A DNA stretch of 61,814 nt from an uncultured Candidatus Saccharibacteria bacterium. GTDB taxonomy: Bacteria > Patescibacteriota > Minisyncoccia > UBA6257 > 2-01-FULL-56-20. Below are positions 1-9,141 of the stretch, one piece after another. The notes beneath the pieces are model-generated. The model was not told the DNA's origin. It did not search any database and was given only the letters and a program-made list of their open reading frames with translations. The position numbers were made by a program, and so were the translations under genes. Every line of letters begins with the position of its first letter. The first letter of the stretch is position 1. The stretch lies in NCBI GenBank assembly GCA_964387675.1, contig CAYLWL010000004.1:1-61814 (forward strand), written 5' to 3'.

Positions 1-1125
1 GCGCTTCGGCGGTTCGACACGGCTCACCGCAGGCAGTCCGATGCGGCTCACTGCGAGTGGTTCGGCTGCTCGGTGCGCGGCATCGTTTCCCACGGCAAGC
101 AGAGACGCGGAAAGTTTGTCGGGAGAAACATCCTTTTCGTCGGTATGGCGAATCCCGCCGGTCAGTAGTTCTTTGGCGAGCGCGACGCCTGCCGCTATCA
201 TCTTCGCCGCCTCGCGCGCCGTGTCCACCGCCACCGCGACTCCGGCATAGACGCCAACTCCCGTTGCGGCGATGCTTCTGCCCGAAACCGCGACGCCGGT
301 CGCCGCGATACGGGAGAGCGGATCCGCGACAGCGAACATTGCTTTCTTGGAACGGTACGAGAAATCTTCGTCCGGCGGAGTGAAGCAACCGGCATCCGTA
401 CCATTGGGAACTTCCGTAGCGATAAGTTTTTTGAGCGCGCCATCGATGTCGGAAACGATGCGGATGGAATCGTGAGCAAGGTATACTCCGCTCAACGAAT
501 GCCCGCCCGTGGGCTTGGCTGATTCCTCCGGCGAAAGCGGAATCGCGCTATTTGCGGCGAGGGGTTGCTTGGCTCCCACTTTCGAAGCCGCCACGCGCAC
601 CGCGTTGATGACTTTATCGTTTGCGGAAGTAAGATACGCTCCTTGATTCGGAGTGTTTTCATAACCCGCAACGAAGCTTGCCGGCGTTGCAATGTTATAC
701 ACGCCGATTGCCTCCTTCTCTTCGCCGTGCGCGAGGAGATAATCGTACATTTCATTCGTGTAAAAGGTTCCTTGCGAGTGTCCCACGAGGAGCATTTTCC
801 GCGTGGTAACTCCCGTATGGATCTGCAGAAGAATCGTTTTGAGGTCTTGGTCGCTCAAAGGAGAACCGAGCAACTGCGATGCCGACTCGATAAGATCGCC
901 TGCGCCGGCAAGGTGGGATTCGTTGTAGCCGGTAGTAAATTTGAGAGAATAATCGCCAGTTTTCTTTATATATTCAATCTGCAACGCACTCAAATCTTTT
1001 TGTGCATCGGAATAAGTTGTAAGTATTCCATTAACGTAAATTACTGTCGTCCCTGACGAGCTGCAAGAAGCAAGAGTAATAAAAGGAAAAAGTATAATAA
1101 CAACTACCGGAATGAAAATCCGCAT
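1..1125 (-). CDS. Secreted/lipoprotein alpha/beta-hydrolase (lipase-like), runs off the left edge
   Basis: Not in the ORF track because it has no stop in the window. Manual translation from ATG 1125 is open to position 1: MRIFIPVVVIILFPFITLASC (lipobox-like LASC), VIYVNGILT, nucleophile elbow GHSQG at 769-783, candidate catalytic His in GGHSLSGVY. Confidence 0.8.
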   Translation of the reverse strand, partial: MRIFIPVVVIILFPFITLASCSSSGTTVIYVNGILTTYSDAQKDLSALQIEYIKKTGDYSLKFTTGYNESHLAGAGDLIESASQLLGSPLSDQDLKTILLQIHTGVTTRKMLLVGHSQGTFYTNEMYDYLLAHGEEKEAIGVYNIATPASFVAGYENTPNQGAYLTSANDKVINAVRVAASKVGAKQPLAANSAIPLSPEESAKPTGGHSLSGVYLAHDSIRIVSDIDGALKKLIATEVPNGTDAGCFTPPDEDFSYRSKKAMFAVADPLSRIAATGVAVSGRSIAATGVGVYAGVAVAVDTAREAAKMIAAGVALAKELLTGGIRHTDEKDVSPDKLSASLLAVGNDAAHRAAEPLAVSRIGLPAVSRVEPPKR

Positions 1126-1127
1126 GA

Positions 1128-1718
1128 TCAATTAGCAAACGTTTTAGGATCAATATCACAATAATCCGAACTCGGAAGAGTATATGATGTCATAAACTTC
1201 TTAAATAAATCCTCCTTAGTTTTTTTACGAATCTCCGTGTTAAACACAAGTTCTTCTACCTGCTCGGTTCTTTTCAAATCTAAAATACAAACATTACCCC
1301 TTCCCTCCTCCTGTATCGCCGCCACCAACGTTTCGCTATTAAACACATTTCCTAATTCATTCTGCAACGCCATCGCGTACTGCAACTCTGCCGCGCGAAT
1401 TCGAGCGGAATCAGGATACAACTTGAAAATCGCGAGTTCCACGTCGTCGCGGATGCCGTTCCCGTTGGCGTCAATGCCGGCAACGGTTGCGTCTTTGAGA
1501 ACCGGATCGGGTTCTGGCGGAAGATTTTCTCCCATAACGTCTTTAAGAGTCAATTTCTGTGCGTGGATCTTTGCCACGGCTTCTTCGGTTTTCTTTCGTT
1601 CAAACGCGGCGGGAATGCGATAGATCACCAGACCCGCATAGAGGAGAGCAATGACAATGACCGGAATGCGAGCGACGCGCCAGATGCGATGCGGCAAACT
1701 GCTTTTTTGAGGGTCCAT
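1128..1718 (-). CDS. Membrane-anchored protein with GIDANGNGIRDDVE (Ca-binding-like) motif
   Basis: ORF 1128..1754; ATG 1718 (MDPQK) preferred as start. One N-terminal TM helix. Stop lies 2 nt before the hydrolase ATG. Confidence 0.7.
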   Translation of the reverse strand: MDPQKSSLPHRIWRVARIPVIVIALLYAGLVIYRIPAAFERKKTEEAVAKIHAQKLTLKDVMGENLPPEPDPVLKDATVAGIDANGNGIRDDVELAIFKLYPDSARIRAAELQYAMALQNELGNVFNSETLVAAIQEEGRGNVCILDLKRTEQVEELVFNTEIRKKTKEDLFKKFMTSYTLPSSDYCDIDPKTFAN

Positions 1719-1839
1719 TAAGAATAATTTACAAAAACGCGCGCAGGGTGTCAATAATTCAGCCGTTCCCGTTGTAATTCCATTTTTTATTCTCTTGCCT
1801 CGCAGGCGCTATGACGCGTCATAGGCGGTTCTTTATTTC

Positions 1840-2289
1840 TCACCTCTCTTCAATCTCCGCAATCTGCGCCAACCTTCTTTTGTACCGCTCATCCCCGCCG
1901 AAGGGAGTCGCAAGAAAAACGCGGACGATATTTTTGACTTCTTCTTCGCCGGTAAAGTCCGCTGATATGCTCAAAACGTTGATGTTGTCGTCGTGACGGG
2001 CCGCGTGCGCCTGATCCGCGGAAAGAGCCAAGCCACACCTCACTCTTTTGAATTTATTGGCCGCGATGTCTGCTCCAATACCAGAACCGCATACCAAAAT
2101 CCCCCGGCTCGCGTCTGGATCGGCGGAAACCTTCTCTCCGACCGACCTGGCGAATACGGGATAATCGTCGTCCTTGTTATACATCGCGGCTCCCATATCG
2201 GCCACTTCGTAGCCCCGCTCTTTCAGGTCGGCCTTAATTTGCTCTTTAAAGTTGAATCCGCGATGGTCGGCGCCGATGTAAATGAGCAT
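1840..2289 (-). CDS. rpiB: Ribose-5-phosphate isomerase B (RpiB/LacA/LacB family)
   Basis: GADHRG, CGSGIG, ANK, AR.HDD.N motifs. Confidence 0.93.
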   Translation of the reverse strand: MLIYIGADHRGFNFKEQIKADLKERGYEVADMGAAMYNKDDDYPVFARSVGEKVSADPDASRGILVCGSGIGADIAANKFKRVRCGLALSADQAHAARHDDNINVLSISADFTGEEEVKNIVRVFLATPFGGDERYKRRLAQIAEIEER

Positions 2290-2298
2290 TGTTGAAAA

Positions 2299-3198
2299 TT
2301 ATTCGACGTTGAGCTCTCCGTCTATCGCCTCTTGCATCCTTCGCTCCCATTCTTTGTCATTCATGCCGATGACAGGATGATAAATCTGCATAGCCGCGCC
2401 CGTCGCTCTGGCCTCTTTTTTCCTTAAGCCGGAAATATCCTTCCACTCTCCATCAATAAACCCCTGCCGCTCTTCTTTGCTCATTCGCTTTGCCGGAGGC
2501 AGCTTGAATCTTCCCGGAAGAACCTGGAGCGGATTCTTCAACGCAAAAACATATACCGCATTCCTCACTTTTGGGCTTTCGCGAATAACCCTGTCAGGGA
2601 ATACAAAACTATAATAACCGTTAAAACTCTGGCTCTGGCCCGTAATCCCAAAAAGAACTTTTGGCTGGTTTTTCATGAAGGCGAGGCGGCGAGGATCAAT
2701 CACGGCCGGCTCTCCTCCGTCGCTTCCCTCGCCCCCGCCTCCTCCTCCCGGAACTTTCTTGGGCTCCGGCGATACCTCGTCATTTACGATCTCGAAAAAT
2801 TCCAGATCGATGGTCTCCACGGTATGCATAACATCCGCCAGAATATCTTCTTTTGTAACCTTAAGGCCGCTTGGAATTTCTCCGCTTATTTTGCCGCCGC
2901 CAAGAAGCGAGAGTGTTGCGTATCTCGCTTCCCCGTTGCTCCGATACGCCAAAACAATATTGATGCTTTCAACATGGCCGGTTTTCTGGCTGGGTTTGGG
3001 ACGAGCAAGGATAACATAGTCAACGCCGGCAAGTGTTGTCATAAAGTGCCCGCCGGGAAACTGATCAAACCCACCCCCAAGGAGCCGATCAAACTTTTCA
3101 TTGGGTGATTCTTTGCTTTTTTCTTTCACAACCGGACGCCCCATAGCCCTACCAAAATCTTCAAACCCACCCCAACTTTTTTTATCTTTTTGAGACAT
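2299..3198 (-). CDS. Hypothetical protein (two domains joined by a Gly-rich linker)
   Basis: 299-aa ORF packed between gap and rpiB on the same strand; no family recognised. Confidence 0.75.
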   Translation of the reverse strand: MSQKDKKSWGGFEDFGRAMGRPVVKEKSKESPNEKFDRLLGGGFDQFPGGHFMTTLAGVDYVILARPKPSQKTGHVESINIVLAYRSNGEARYATLSLLGGGKISGEIPSGLKVTKEDILADVMHTVETIDLEFFEIVNDEVSPEPKKVPGGGGGGEGSDGGEPAVIDPRRLAFMKNQPKVLFGITGQSQSFNGYYSFVFPDRVIRESPKVRNAVYVFALKNPLQVLPGRFKLPPAKRMSKEERQGFIDGEWKDISGLRKKEARATGAAMQIYHPVIGMNDKEWERRMQEAIDGELNVE

Positions 3199-3214
3199 AT
3201 GCCGTAGAGGAATT

Positions 3215-4255
3215 TTATTTTATGGCCTCCGCGACTTTGAGCACGTGGGCAACGAGAGAATTGGTGTACCCGAACTCATTGTCATACCATGAATAAACAG
3301 CGCACAGATCGCCGTCCACGACTTTTGTGAGCGAAAGATCGGCGATCGCGGCGTGAGGGTCTCCTACGACATCCGTTGAAACGAGGGGTTCGCTTGTCGC
3401 GCGGAAAATTCCCTGCCAGCGGGGCTCTGTTGCCGCATCGCTCAAAATTTTATTTATCTCCTCTGCTGTCGTAGGCCGCGCGGAAACAAAAATGATTGCT
3501 GAAAGCGAACCCGTTGCGACCGGCACGCGCATCGCCACTCCCTCAAACTTATTTTCGACGGCTTTGACCGCCCGCCCGACGGCAATCGCGGCGCCCGTGT
3601 ACGAGGGCACAATATTCACGCCCGCTGCACGGCCGCGGCGGAAATCGTGCCCCCGAACGGGACCGTCGACGAGGTTTTGAGTCGCCGTATAGCCGTGCGC
3701 GGTATTCAAAAACGCTTTTTTGACGCCGATCGTTTCTAACAAAATCTGCAGTACCGGCGAGGCAGAGTTCGTGGTGCACGAGCCGTTCGACGAAATCGAA
3801 CACGTTTTGAGATCGTCCTCATTAACTCCCATTAAAACCGTCCGCGCGTCTGCCGAATCCTCGTCTTTCGCCGGCGCGGTGATCACCACTCTCTTCGCTC
3901 CCGCCTGCTTATGCACCGCCGCTTTCTCAAAACTCTCAAAAACGCCCGTTGATTCCACCACGATATCAACGCCGAGCTTTTTCCACGGAAGTTTTGTGGC
4001 ATCTTTCTCTTGGATAAATAAGTACTCTTTTCCGTCGACTACCAGCTTTCCTTTTTCCTTGTCACTTGTCACTTGTCCCTTATATTGTCCGTAAACGGAA
4101 TCGTATTTCAAAAGGTATGCGAGGTTCGCCAAGTCGCCCAAGTCGTTGATCGCCACCACTTCGAGTTTATCCTGAGCTTGTCGAAGGACGAGTTTAAAAA
4201 ACGCCCTGCCGATGCGCCCGAAACCGTTGATTGCTATACGAGTTGTTTTCATCAT
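3215..4255 (-). CDS. gap: Type I glyceraldehyde-3-phosphate dehydrogenase
   Basis: INGFGRIGR, catalytic SCTTN, WYDNEFGY. Confidence 0.97.
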   Translation of the reverse strand: MMKTTRIAINGFGRIGRAFFKLVLRQAQDKLEVVAINDLGDLANLAYLLKYDSVYGQYKGQVTSDKEKGKLVVDGKEYLFIQEKDATKLPWKKLGVDIVVESTGVFESFEKAAVHKQAGAKRVVITAPAKDEDSADARTVLMGVNEDDLKTCSISSNGSCTTNSASPVLQILLETIGVKKAFLNTAHGYTATQNLVDGPVRGHDFRRGRAAGVNIVPSYTGAAIAVGRAVKAVENKFEGVAMRVPVATGSLSAIIFVSARPTTAEEINKILSDAATEPRWQGIFRATSEPLVSTDVVGDPHAAIADLSLTKVVDGDLCAVYSWYDNEFGYTNSLVAHVLKVAEAIK

Positions 4256-4282
4256 CCTCTATTGTATCAAATTGCTTCGAGA

Positions 4283-4314
4283 TAAAAAAGGCGCGCCGAC
4301 CAGTGCCGGCGCGC
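4283..4314 (-). terminator. Rho-independent terminator after adenosine deaminase gene
   Basis: GCGCGCCG-8nt-CGGCGCGC stem followed by CTTTTTT on the minus strand. Confidence 0.7.
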
Positions 4315-4331
4315 ATACAAAACCGTAATCG

Positions 4332-5429
4332 TTACATCAAGAGTGACCTGCTCAAGCCCCTCGCGACAAACGCCTCCTTCACCCTCTTCGCCTGGGCCTC
4401 ATCGCGATAGAACGCGTAGTTCACGCTGTTTGCGACAAGCCGCTGCATTTCTGCTTCGCCCCAACCGTAGTGATTGAGAAGCGCGAAGAAATTTTGGGAA
4501 AGGGATTTCCTCATCAGCGCCGGGTCGTCGGAGATAATGCAAAGCGGCACTTCTTCTGCGAGAAGCACATCCTCGCCCGCACCATCAACACTGGCCACAA
4601 GATTAAACGGATCTCGTTCAACGCGAATTCCCCCCGCCTTCACTTGCCGAATAATCCCTGGCGCCTTCCAAAGCGGAAGCGCATGGCCAAGGCCATCAGC
4701 GCAAAGATCATAAATGCAAGTTTCTATGTTTCTCAAACAACTTGCATCGTCCCCCATCTCTCCGGCATGCGGATTGCGCCGGATTTTTGACCCGATGGTG
4801 CTCTCGAAAACCGGGGCGTAGACGTCCGGTCGATACGTGAACTCATCGCAAGCGAGGTCGAGAGAGACAACGCCTCGATCTTGCCAGCGCATTGCAAGCC
4901 GAGCGATATCATACGCGCTCCGCAATCCGTACTGCTTTTTGCACTCTCGCGCGATGCTGAGCGTAGCGTTCACTTCGACGCCCGTTTCTTTATACCCTTG
5001 CTCGAAACCCATGAGCGCGTACTTCACGGCATCGTCCAGCGACATCGGCTCGAACGGCTCCACTTCAAAGTCCTCCGGCTTGTACCACGGCGGCGGATAA
5101 ATGCTTTGATACCCAGGGGCGTCTCTCAACTCTGCAAAAAGAATGTTTTCTTCCGCAAGGTCGCAAACCTGCCGGTAAGCCGCCCAACTTCGTCCCTCTG
5201 GCGTCCGCATAAGGGCGATAGCCCAACCAAACCGCTTCAGAAGCTCGTCAATCGACATCGGTTCAACAATCTGATACAACTTGGCGAATTCCGCCGGGTC
5301 ATCGGTCGGCAATTTTACGCCAAAACGCCTGGCGGCTTTGAAGAATCTGTCGTCTTTGTTGCTCACCGCGCCGTCAAGATGCCGATGAACGTCTGCCTTC
5401 GGAAACGCGAGCATGTCGTCCAGAGTCAT
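4332..5429 (-). CDS. add: Adenosine/adenine deaminase family protein
   Basis: HRHLDG, HAGE, GHA and SDDP metal-binding motifs. Confidence 0.88.
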   Translation of the reverse strand: MTLDDMLAFPKADVHRHLDGAVSNKDDRFFKAARRFGVKLPTDDPAEFAKLYQIVEPMSIDELLKRFGWAIALMRTPEGRSWAAYRQVCDLAEENILFAELRDAPGYQSIYPPPWYKPEDFEVEPFEPMSLDDAVKYALMGFEQGYKETGVEVNATLSIARECKKQYGLRSAYDIARLAMRWQDRGVVSLDLACDEFTYRPDVYAPVFESTIGSKIRRNPHAGEMGDDASCLRNIETCIYDLCADGLGHALPLWKAPGIIRQVKAGGIRVERDPFNLVASVDGAGEDVLLAEEVPLCIISDDPALMRKSLSQNFFALLNHYGWGEAEMQRLVANSVNYAFYRDEAQAKRVKEAFVARGLSRSLLM

Positions 5430-5502
5430 TATTCACTCCAAATTCAAAATATTGCTAAGAGTCATCCTAGTAGATTTACGGCATTATGCAATGCCATGCT
5501 AC

Positions 5503-5536
5503 AACATCCTTACAAACTCCAGTTTATAAGGATATT
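5503..5536. repeat. Palindrome family P1, copy 1 (AACATCCTTACAAAC-TCCA-GTTTATAAGGATATT)
   Basis: Matches copies at 21204, 59387 and 59729; overlaps the stop codon of the DUF192 gene. Confidence 0.9.
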
Positions 5537-6017
5537 ACTTTAGGAAAACCTCGTCGCCAGCCTTGATTCCGTTCTTCGCAACGAAACCGGCGTTCACTTC
5601 AAGCACGGAGTCGATAGCGTCGGGAGGGTAATATATTTTCAAACCCCAGACGTGCTTGCCCGGCTCGGGCACGGCATTCTCGGAAAATCCCGCGACCCTC
5701 CCGTCTCGGATCCAAATCATGTCAATGGGAAACTTCATATCTTTCATCCAAAATCCATAGTTGCCCTCTTTGTCGAAAATAAAAAACATCCCCTCCCGCT
5801 CTCCCAGGGAATCTCTGCCGGAGAGACCCCACATTTTCTCCGTCGCTCCCCGCGCGACTTCGATAGACAAGGTTTTTCCGCCGATTGAGAGTTCCGACTT
5901 GGGAAGAGATTTCGCCCCGCCGCGGAACACGAAAAAGGCGAAGGCAAAAATCAATGCCGCGGAAACAATCCCGATGAAAAGCAGAAAAATCAAAAATTCC
6001 ATCCTAAAAGAACCCAT
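5535..6017 (-). CDS. DUF192 family protein with N-terminal TM anchor
   Basis: GLSGR..L...GMFF.F, FWMKDMKFPIDMIWI, VLEVNAG pattern. Confidence 0.88.
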   Translation of the reverse strand: MGSFRMEFLIFLLFIGIVSAALIFAFAFFVFRGGAKSLPKSELSIGGKTLSIEVARGATEKMWGLSGRDSLGEREGMFFIFDKEGNYGFWMKDMKFPIDMIWIRDGRVAGFSENAVPEPGKHVWGLKIYYPPDAIDSVLEVNAGFVAKNGIKAGDEVFLK

Positions 6018-6040
6018 CCTGTTCGTATTATAACAAAGTT

Positions 6041-6090
6041 AAGATCGTTTCCGTTATAACATAATATTATGTTATAACGGAAACGATCTT
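6041..6090. repeat. Palindrome family P2, copy 1: perfect 50-bp palindrome
   Basis: AAGATCGTTTCCGTTATAACATAAT|ATTATGTTATAACGGAAACGATCTT with no mismatch and no loop; 36-bp core repeated at 48466. Confidence 0.95.
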
Positions 6091-6109
6091 TCTTTTCTTT
6101 AATCCGGAG

Positions 6110-6141
6110 AAAAAATCCCACACAGGCGCGCGCCTGTGTGG
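6110..6141 (-). terminator. Rho-independent terminator of the sigma54-activator gene
   Basis: Perfect CCACACAGGCGC/GCGCCTGTGTGG stem followed by GATTTTTT on the minus strand, 7 nt after the stop. Confidence 0.75.
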
Positions 6142-6147
6142 ACTTCA

Positions 6148-7410
6148 CTACGACTTTTTGAGACCCAATCTTTTGATGTCGTTCAGGAGGCTCTTATATG
6201 ATCTGCCCGCTCTTCGCGCCACCTGGCGCTTGTTCCACCGGCACTCCGCAAGAAGTTCGAGTAGATATTCTCTGGCCGCTTTGTCGGCTGCGGTCTGCAT
6301 AACTTCTTCGAGCGATCTCGTCGTATCAACGCCCGCCTCTTCCTCTTTCCGAACTGCGGTTCTCGTCCACTGCGCCACAAGGAACCTTCTTGATACGTCT
6401 TCCGCGGAAATCTCCGGCCCTACCGCGAAAATCGAGGCCGCCTCGATCACTTCGCGCAATTGACGGACATTTCCCGGCCAGCGGTACGAAAGAAGAACCT
6501 CCTCGGCTTCGGGAGAAAGAAAAAACGGTTTTCCTTTCTGCCTCGGCGTACAATGCTTGAGAAATTCCTTCGCCAGAAACAAGATGTCTGCCGGCCTCTC
6601 GCGAAGCGGCGGGACACAGATTTTCACGACACCAAGCCGCCAGAAGAGATCTTCGCGGAACTTCTTTTCTTCCACGAGACGGCAAAGATCCTGGTTGCTC
6701 GCCGCGATTACGCGAACATCCACGGTCTTGCTCGTCGGAGAGCCGACCACGGCGATCTCGCCGCTTTCGAGCACCCGGAGCAATCTTGTCTGCACACTCC
6801 AGCTCATATCGGCAATCTCGTCGAGGAAGAGGGTGCCTCCATCGGCCGCCGCGAATTTTCCGATTGTCTTTTTGTCGGAACCAGTAAAGGCGCCGCGCTC
6901 GTGTCCGAAAATCTCCGATTCGATGAGCGTCTCGGGGACCGCCGAGCAGTTGAATGCTATGAACGGGTTATGCCTGCGAGGGCTGTTCGCGTGAATAGTT
7001 TTCGCGACGATTTCTTTGCCCGAACCGCTTTCTCCGTCGATCACGACGGTGCAGTCGGCCGGAGAAACCAGAAGCAAAATCGGGGCGAGTTCTCGCCGCA
7101 AATCGTCTCCCACGCTCACTGCCCAATCGAGCCAGTTTGGTTCCGGCATCCGCTTTTCCCCTTCTCTTTCTCGCTTATCGCCTTCCGCACCCTGCCCCGT
7201 CGCAGGAGGAACGGTTTCGGTGGCATCCGCGCCTTCTTTTTGCGAAGCTCCCGGAGGGATTGTTTCGATTCCCTTGTCCCCTTCTTCTGTTCGGGGAAGA
7301 GGAGAAAACGGTTCGCCTAACGACCTCTGGAGATCAGCCAGGTCAGCTGCCGAGTTCACCGCAATAGCCATCTCTGCCTCACTTATCAAAATTGATTTGC
7401 TAGCAACCAT
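6148..7410 (-). CDS. Sigma54-dependent enhancer-binding protein (AAA+ and Fis-type HTH), no receiver domain
   Basis: GESGSGKE, ESEIFGHERGAFTGS, LFLDEI, FREDLFWRL, WPGNVRQL, C-terminal HTH. Start uncertain (7410, 7371 or 7149). The track's 7824 start overlaps infC and is rejected. Confidence 0.9.
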   Translation of the reverse strand: MVASKSILISEAEMAIAVNSAADLADLQRSLGEPFSPLPRTEEGDKGIETIPPGASQKEGADATETVPPATGQGAEGDKREREGEKRMPEPNWLDWAVSVGDDLRRELAPILLLVSPADCTVVIDGESGSGKEIVAKTIHANSPRRHNPFIAFNCSAVPETLIESEIFGHERGAFTGSDKKTIGKFAAADGGTLFLDEIADMSWSVQTRLLRVLESGEIAVVGSPTSKTVDVRVIAASNQDLCRLVEEKKFREDLFWRLGVVKICVPPLRERPADILFLAKEFLKHCTPRQKGKPFFLSPEAEEVLLSYRWPGNVRQLREVIEAASIFAVGPEISAEDVSRRFLVAQWTRTAVRKEEEAGVDTTRSLEEVMQTAADKAAREYLLELLAECRWNKRQVARRAGRSYKSLLNDIKRLGLKKS

Positions 7411-7497
7411 TATATGCCGCTGCCAGCGTAATGTCAATCTTTTTCCGGCTTTGACAATGAAAGTCGCGGAGTGTACACTGAATGCAATTATTAACCG

Positions 7498-7989
7498 GTG
7501 AAGATTAACACACAAATAACCGCTCTTGAACTGCGGGTCATCGATGAGCAAGGGAACAATCTCGGCGTTTTGAAGCGCGAGGAAGCCCTCGCCCTCGTGA
7601 AACCGGGGATCGACCTCATCGAGATCGTGCCGACGGCGAAACCCCCCGTCGCTCGGCTCATGAGTTTCGACAAGTACCGATACGAAAGAGCCAAGCAGGA
7701 AAAGAAGGAGCGGATGGCGCAGAAAAGCACTTCGCTCAAGCAGGTGCAAATCACGGCACGAGCCGCTACCAACGACCTGATGATCAAAGTCCGGCAATTG
7801 GAAAAATTTCTCGAAGAGGGTCATACGGTGGAAATCAATTTATTCCTCCGCGGCCGCGAGAAATATAACAAAGAATGGGCCCGGCAAAAGTTAGACGAAT
7901 TTTTAAAGATGATAACCGCGGAATATAAACGGCTCACCGAGCCGAGATTCGGCGGAAGAGGAATGACGATGCAAATTAGTAAAAAGTAA
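7498..7989 (+). CDS. infC: Translation initiation factor IF-3
   Basis: IN..I...ELRVID, DLIEI.PTAKPPVARLM, followed by rpmI-rplT. Confidence 0.95.
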   Translation: MKINTQITALELRVIDEQGNNLGVLKREEALALVKPGIDLIEIVPTAKPPVARLMSFDKYRYERAKQEKKERMAQKSTSLKQVQITARAATNDLMIKVRQLEKFLEEGHTVEINLFLRGREKYNKEWARQKLDEFLKMITAEYKRLTEPRFGGRGMTMQISKK

Positions 7990-7991
7990 GT

Positions 7992-8071
7992 AGACATGAG
8001 ATATGAGAAATGAGGAACGCCGAACTATTTCATTTCTCCCCCTCATCTCTCATTTCTAACTTCTCATATCT
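7992..8071. repeat. Mirrored heptamer-period tract (AGAYATG arm / CTCATYT arm)
   Basis: agacatg agatatg agaaatg ... ctcattt ctaactt ctcatat between infC and rpmI. Confidence 0.75.
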
Positions 8072-8077
8072 ATCATC

Positions 8078-8245
8078 ATGAAAAAAAGCTTATCAAAACG
8101 AATCCGAATAACGAGAACCGGAAAACTGATCCGACGCCCCATGGCGGTCGATCATTTCCGCACACGATCCACCGCAAAAAAGATCAGAGGAAAGAGAAAG
8201 TCGAGATCGATTGACTATTTGAGGAAAAAAATACTCAATTATTAG
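8078..8245 (+). CDS. rpmI: 50S ribosomal protein L35
   Basis: Below track cutoff. Manual translation MKKSLSKRIRITRTGKLIRRPMAVDHFRTRSTAKKIRGKRKSRSIDYLRKKILNY; position between infC and rplT. Confidence 0.88.
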   Translation: MKKSLSKRIRITRTGKLIRRPMAVDHFRTRSTAKKIRGKRKSRSIDYLRKKILNY

Positions 8246-8250
8246 CAAAA

Positions 8251-8318
8251 GGCCGAGGGCGAAGGGCAAAGAGATCGTTAGCGATATACCCTTAGCTCTC
8301 AGCTCTTTGCCCTTAGCC
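8251..8318. repeat. Mirrored heptamer-period tract (GGCRAAG arm / CYCTTWG arm)
   Basis: ggccgag ggcgaag ggcaaag ... cccttag ctctcag ctctttg cccttag between rpmI and rplT. Confidence 0.7.
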
Positions 8319-8326
8319 AATACACC

Positions 8327-8671
8327 ATGCCACGAGTCAAACGAGGAAAACACGCCCATAAACACCGGGAGAAACTCTTGAAACATACCAAGGGCTTCCG
8401 TTGGGGGCGCAAATCGAAAGAGCGGGCCGCGAAAGAGGCCTTACTGCACGCCTGGTCTCGCGCGTTCCGCGGCAGAAAAGAAAAGAAGAGGGTTTTCCGA
8501 CAACTTTGGAACGTCCAGATTAACGCGGCCTCCCGCGAGCACGGAACCAAATACAGCGCCCTCATATCCGCCCTCCAGAAAAAGAAAGTGAAAATAGATC
8601 GGAAGATGCTTGCCGAGCTCGCGAAAAACGAACCTGCCGTGTTCAAAAAGATTGTTGAATTTGTTCGTTAG
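8327..8671 (+). CDS. rplT: 50S ribosomal protein L20
   Basis: MPRVKRG, FRQLWNVQINAASR, IDRKMLAELA. Confidence 0.97.
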   Translation: MPRVKRGKHAHKHREKLLKHTKGFRWGRKSKERAAKEALLHAWSRAFRGRKEKKRVFRQLWNVQINAASREHGTKYSALISALQKKKVKIDRKMLAELAKNEPAVFKKIVEFVR

Positions 8672-9138
8672 CGCCGCCGCAGGATATAATCGTTCGCCTG
8701 TTTCAACACTTTCTTGGTAGATTCGTATTTGTTACCCAGGGCCTTGAGAGCGTCGGGATAGGTGAACCACGCGAAGCCGCTGTGCTCTCGGGGCAAGATG
8801 CGTATGTCGGCCCGCCTGGTTTCCGCAAGATACAAAATGACCGTATCATAAATCCCCTGCTTGCCTACCCGGAAATAAAACCGTTCATACGCCCTGAATC
8901 CGTGGATAATGCGCAGGTCGGATTTATGCAATCCCGTTTCCTCCCTCACTTCGCGGAGCGCGGTGTCGATGCTATTCTCGCCCGGTTCAAAATGGCCTTT
9001 CGGAAAATTCCAATATGTTCCCCGCCGGTACAAAAGAAGAAATTTAATGCCCTCGTGAGTGCGGCGATAGACCACAAAACCGGCGACGATCTGCTGTTTC
9101 ACATTTCTAACTCCGGACTTATATGGCGGTTTATCCAT
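8668..9138 (-). CDS. NUDIX hydrolase (Ap4A hydrolase-like)
   Basis: Nudix box WNFPKGHFEPGENSIDTALREVREETG. Confidence 0.9.
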   Translation of the reverse strand: MDKPPYKSGVRNVKQQIVAGFVVYRRTHEGIKFLLLYRRGTYWNFPKGHFEPGENSIDTALREVREETGLHKSDLRIIHGFRAYERFYFRVGKQGIYDTVILYLAETRRADIRILPREHSGFAWFTYPDALKALGNKYESTKKVLKQANDYILRRR

Positions 9139-9141
9139 GGC

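Noticed and set aside
1809-1824. Perfect 16-bp palindrome CTATGACGCGTCATAG after rpiB
   Set aside because: Single short copy with no U-tract or linked regulator; could be chance or a weak terminator.
7411-7824. N-terminal 138-aa extension of the sigma54 activator in the ORF track
   Set aside because: It is antisense to the clearly real infC and has no domain-like content.
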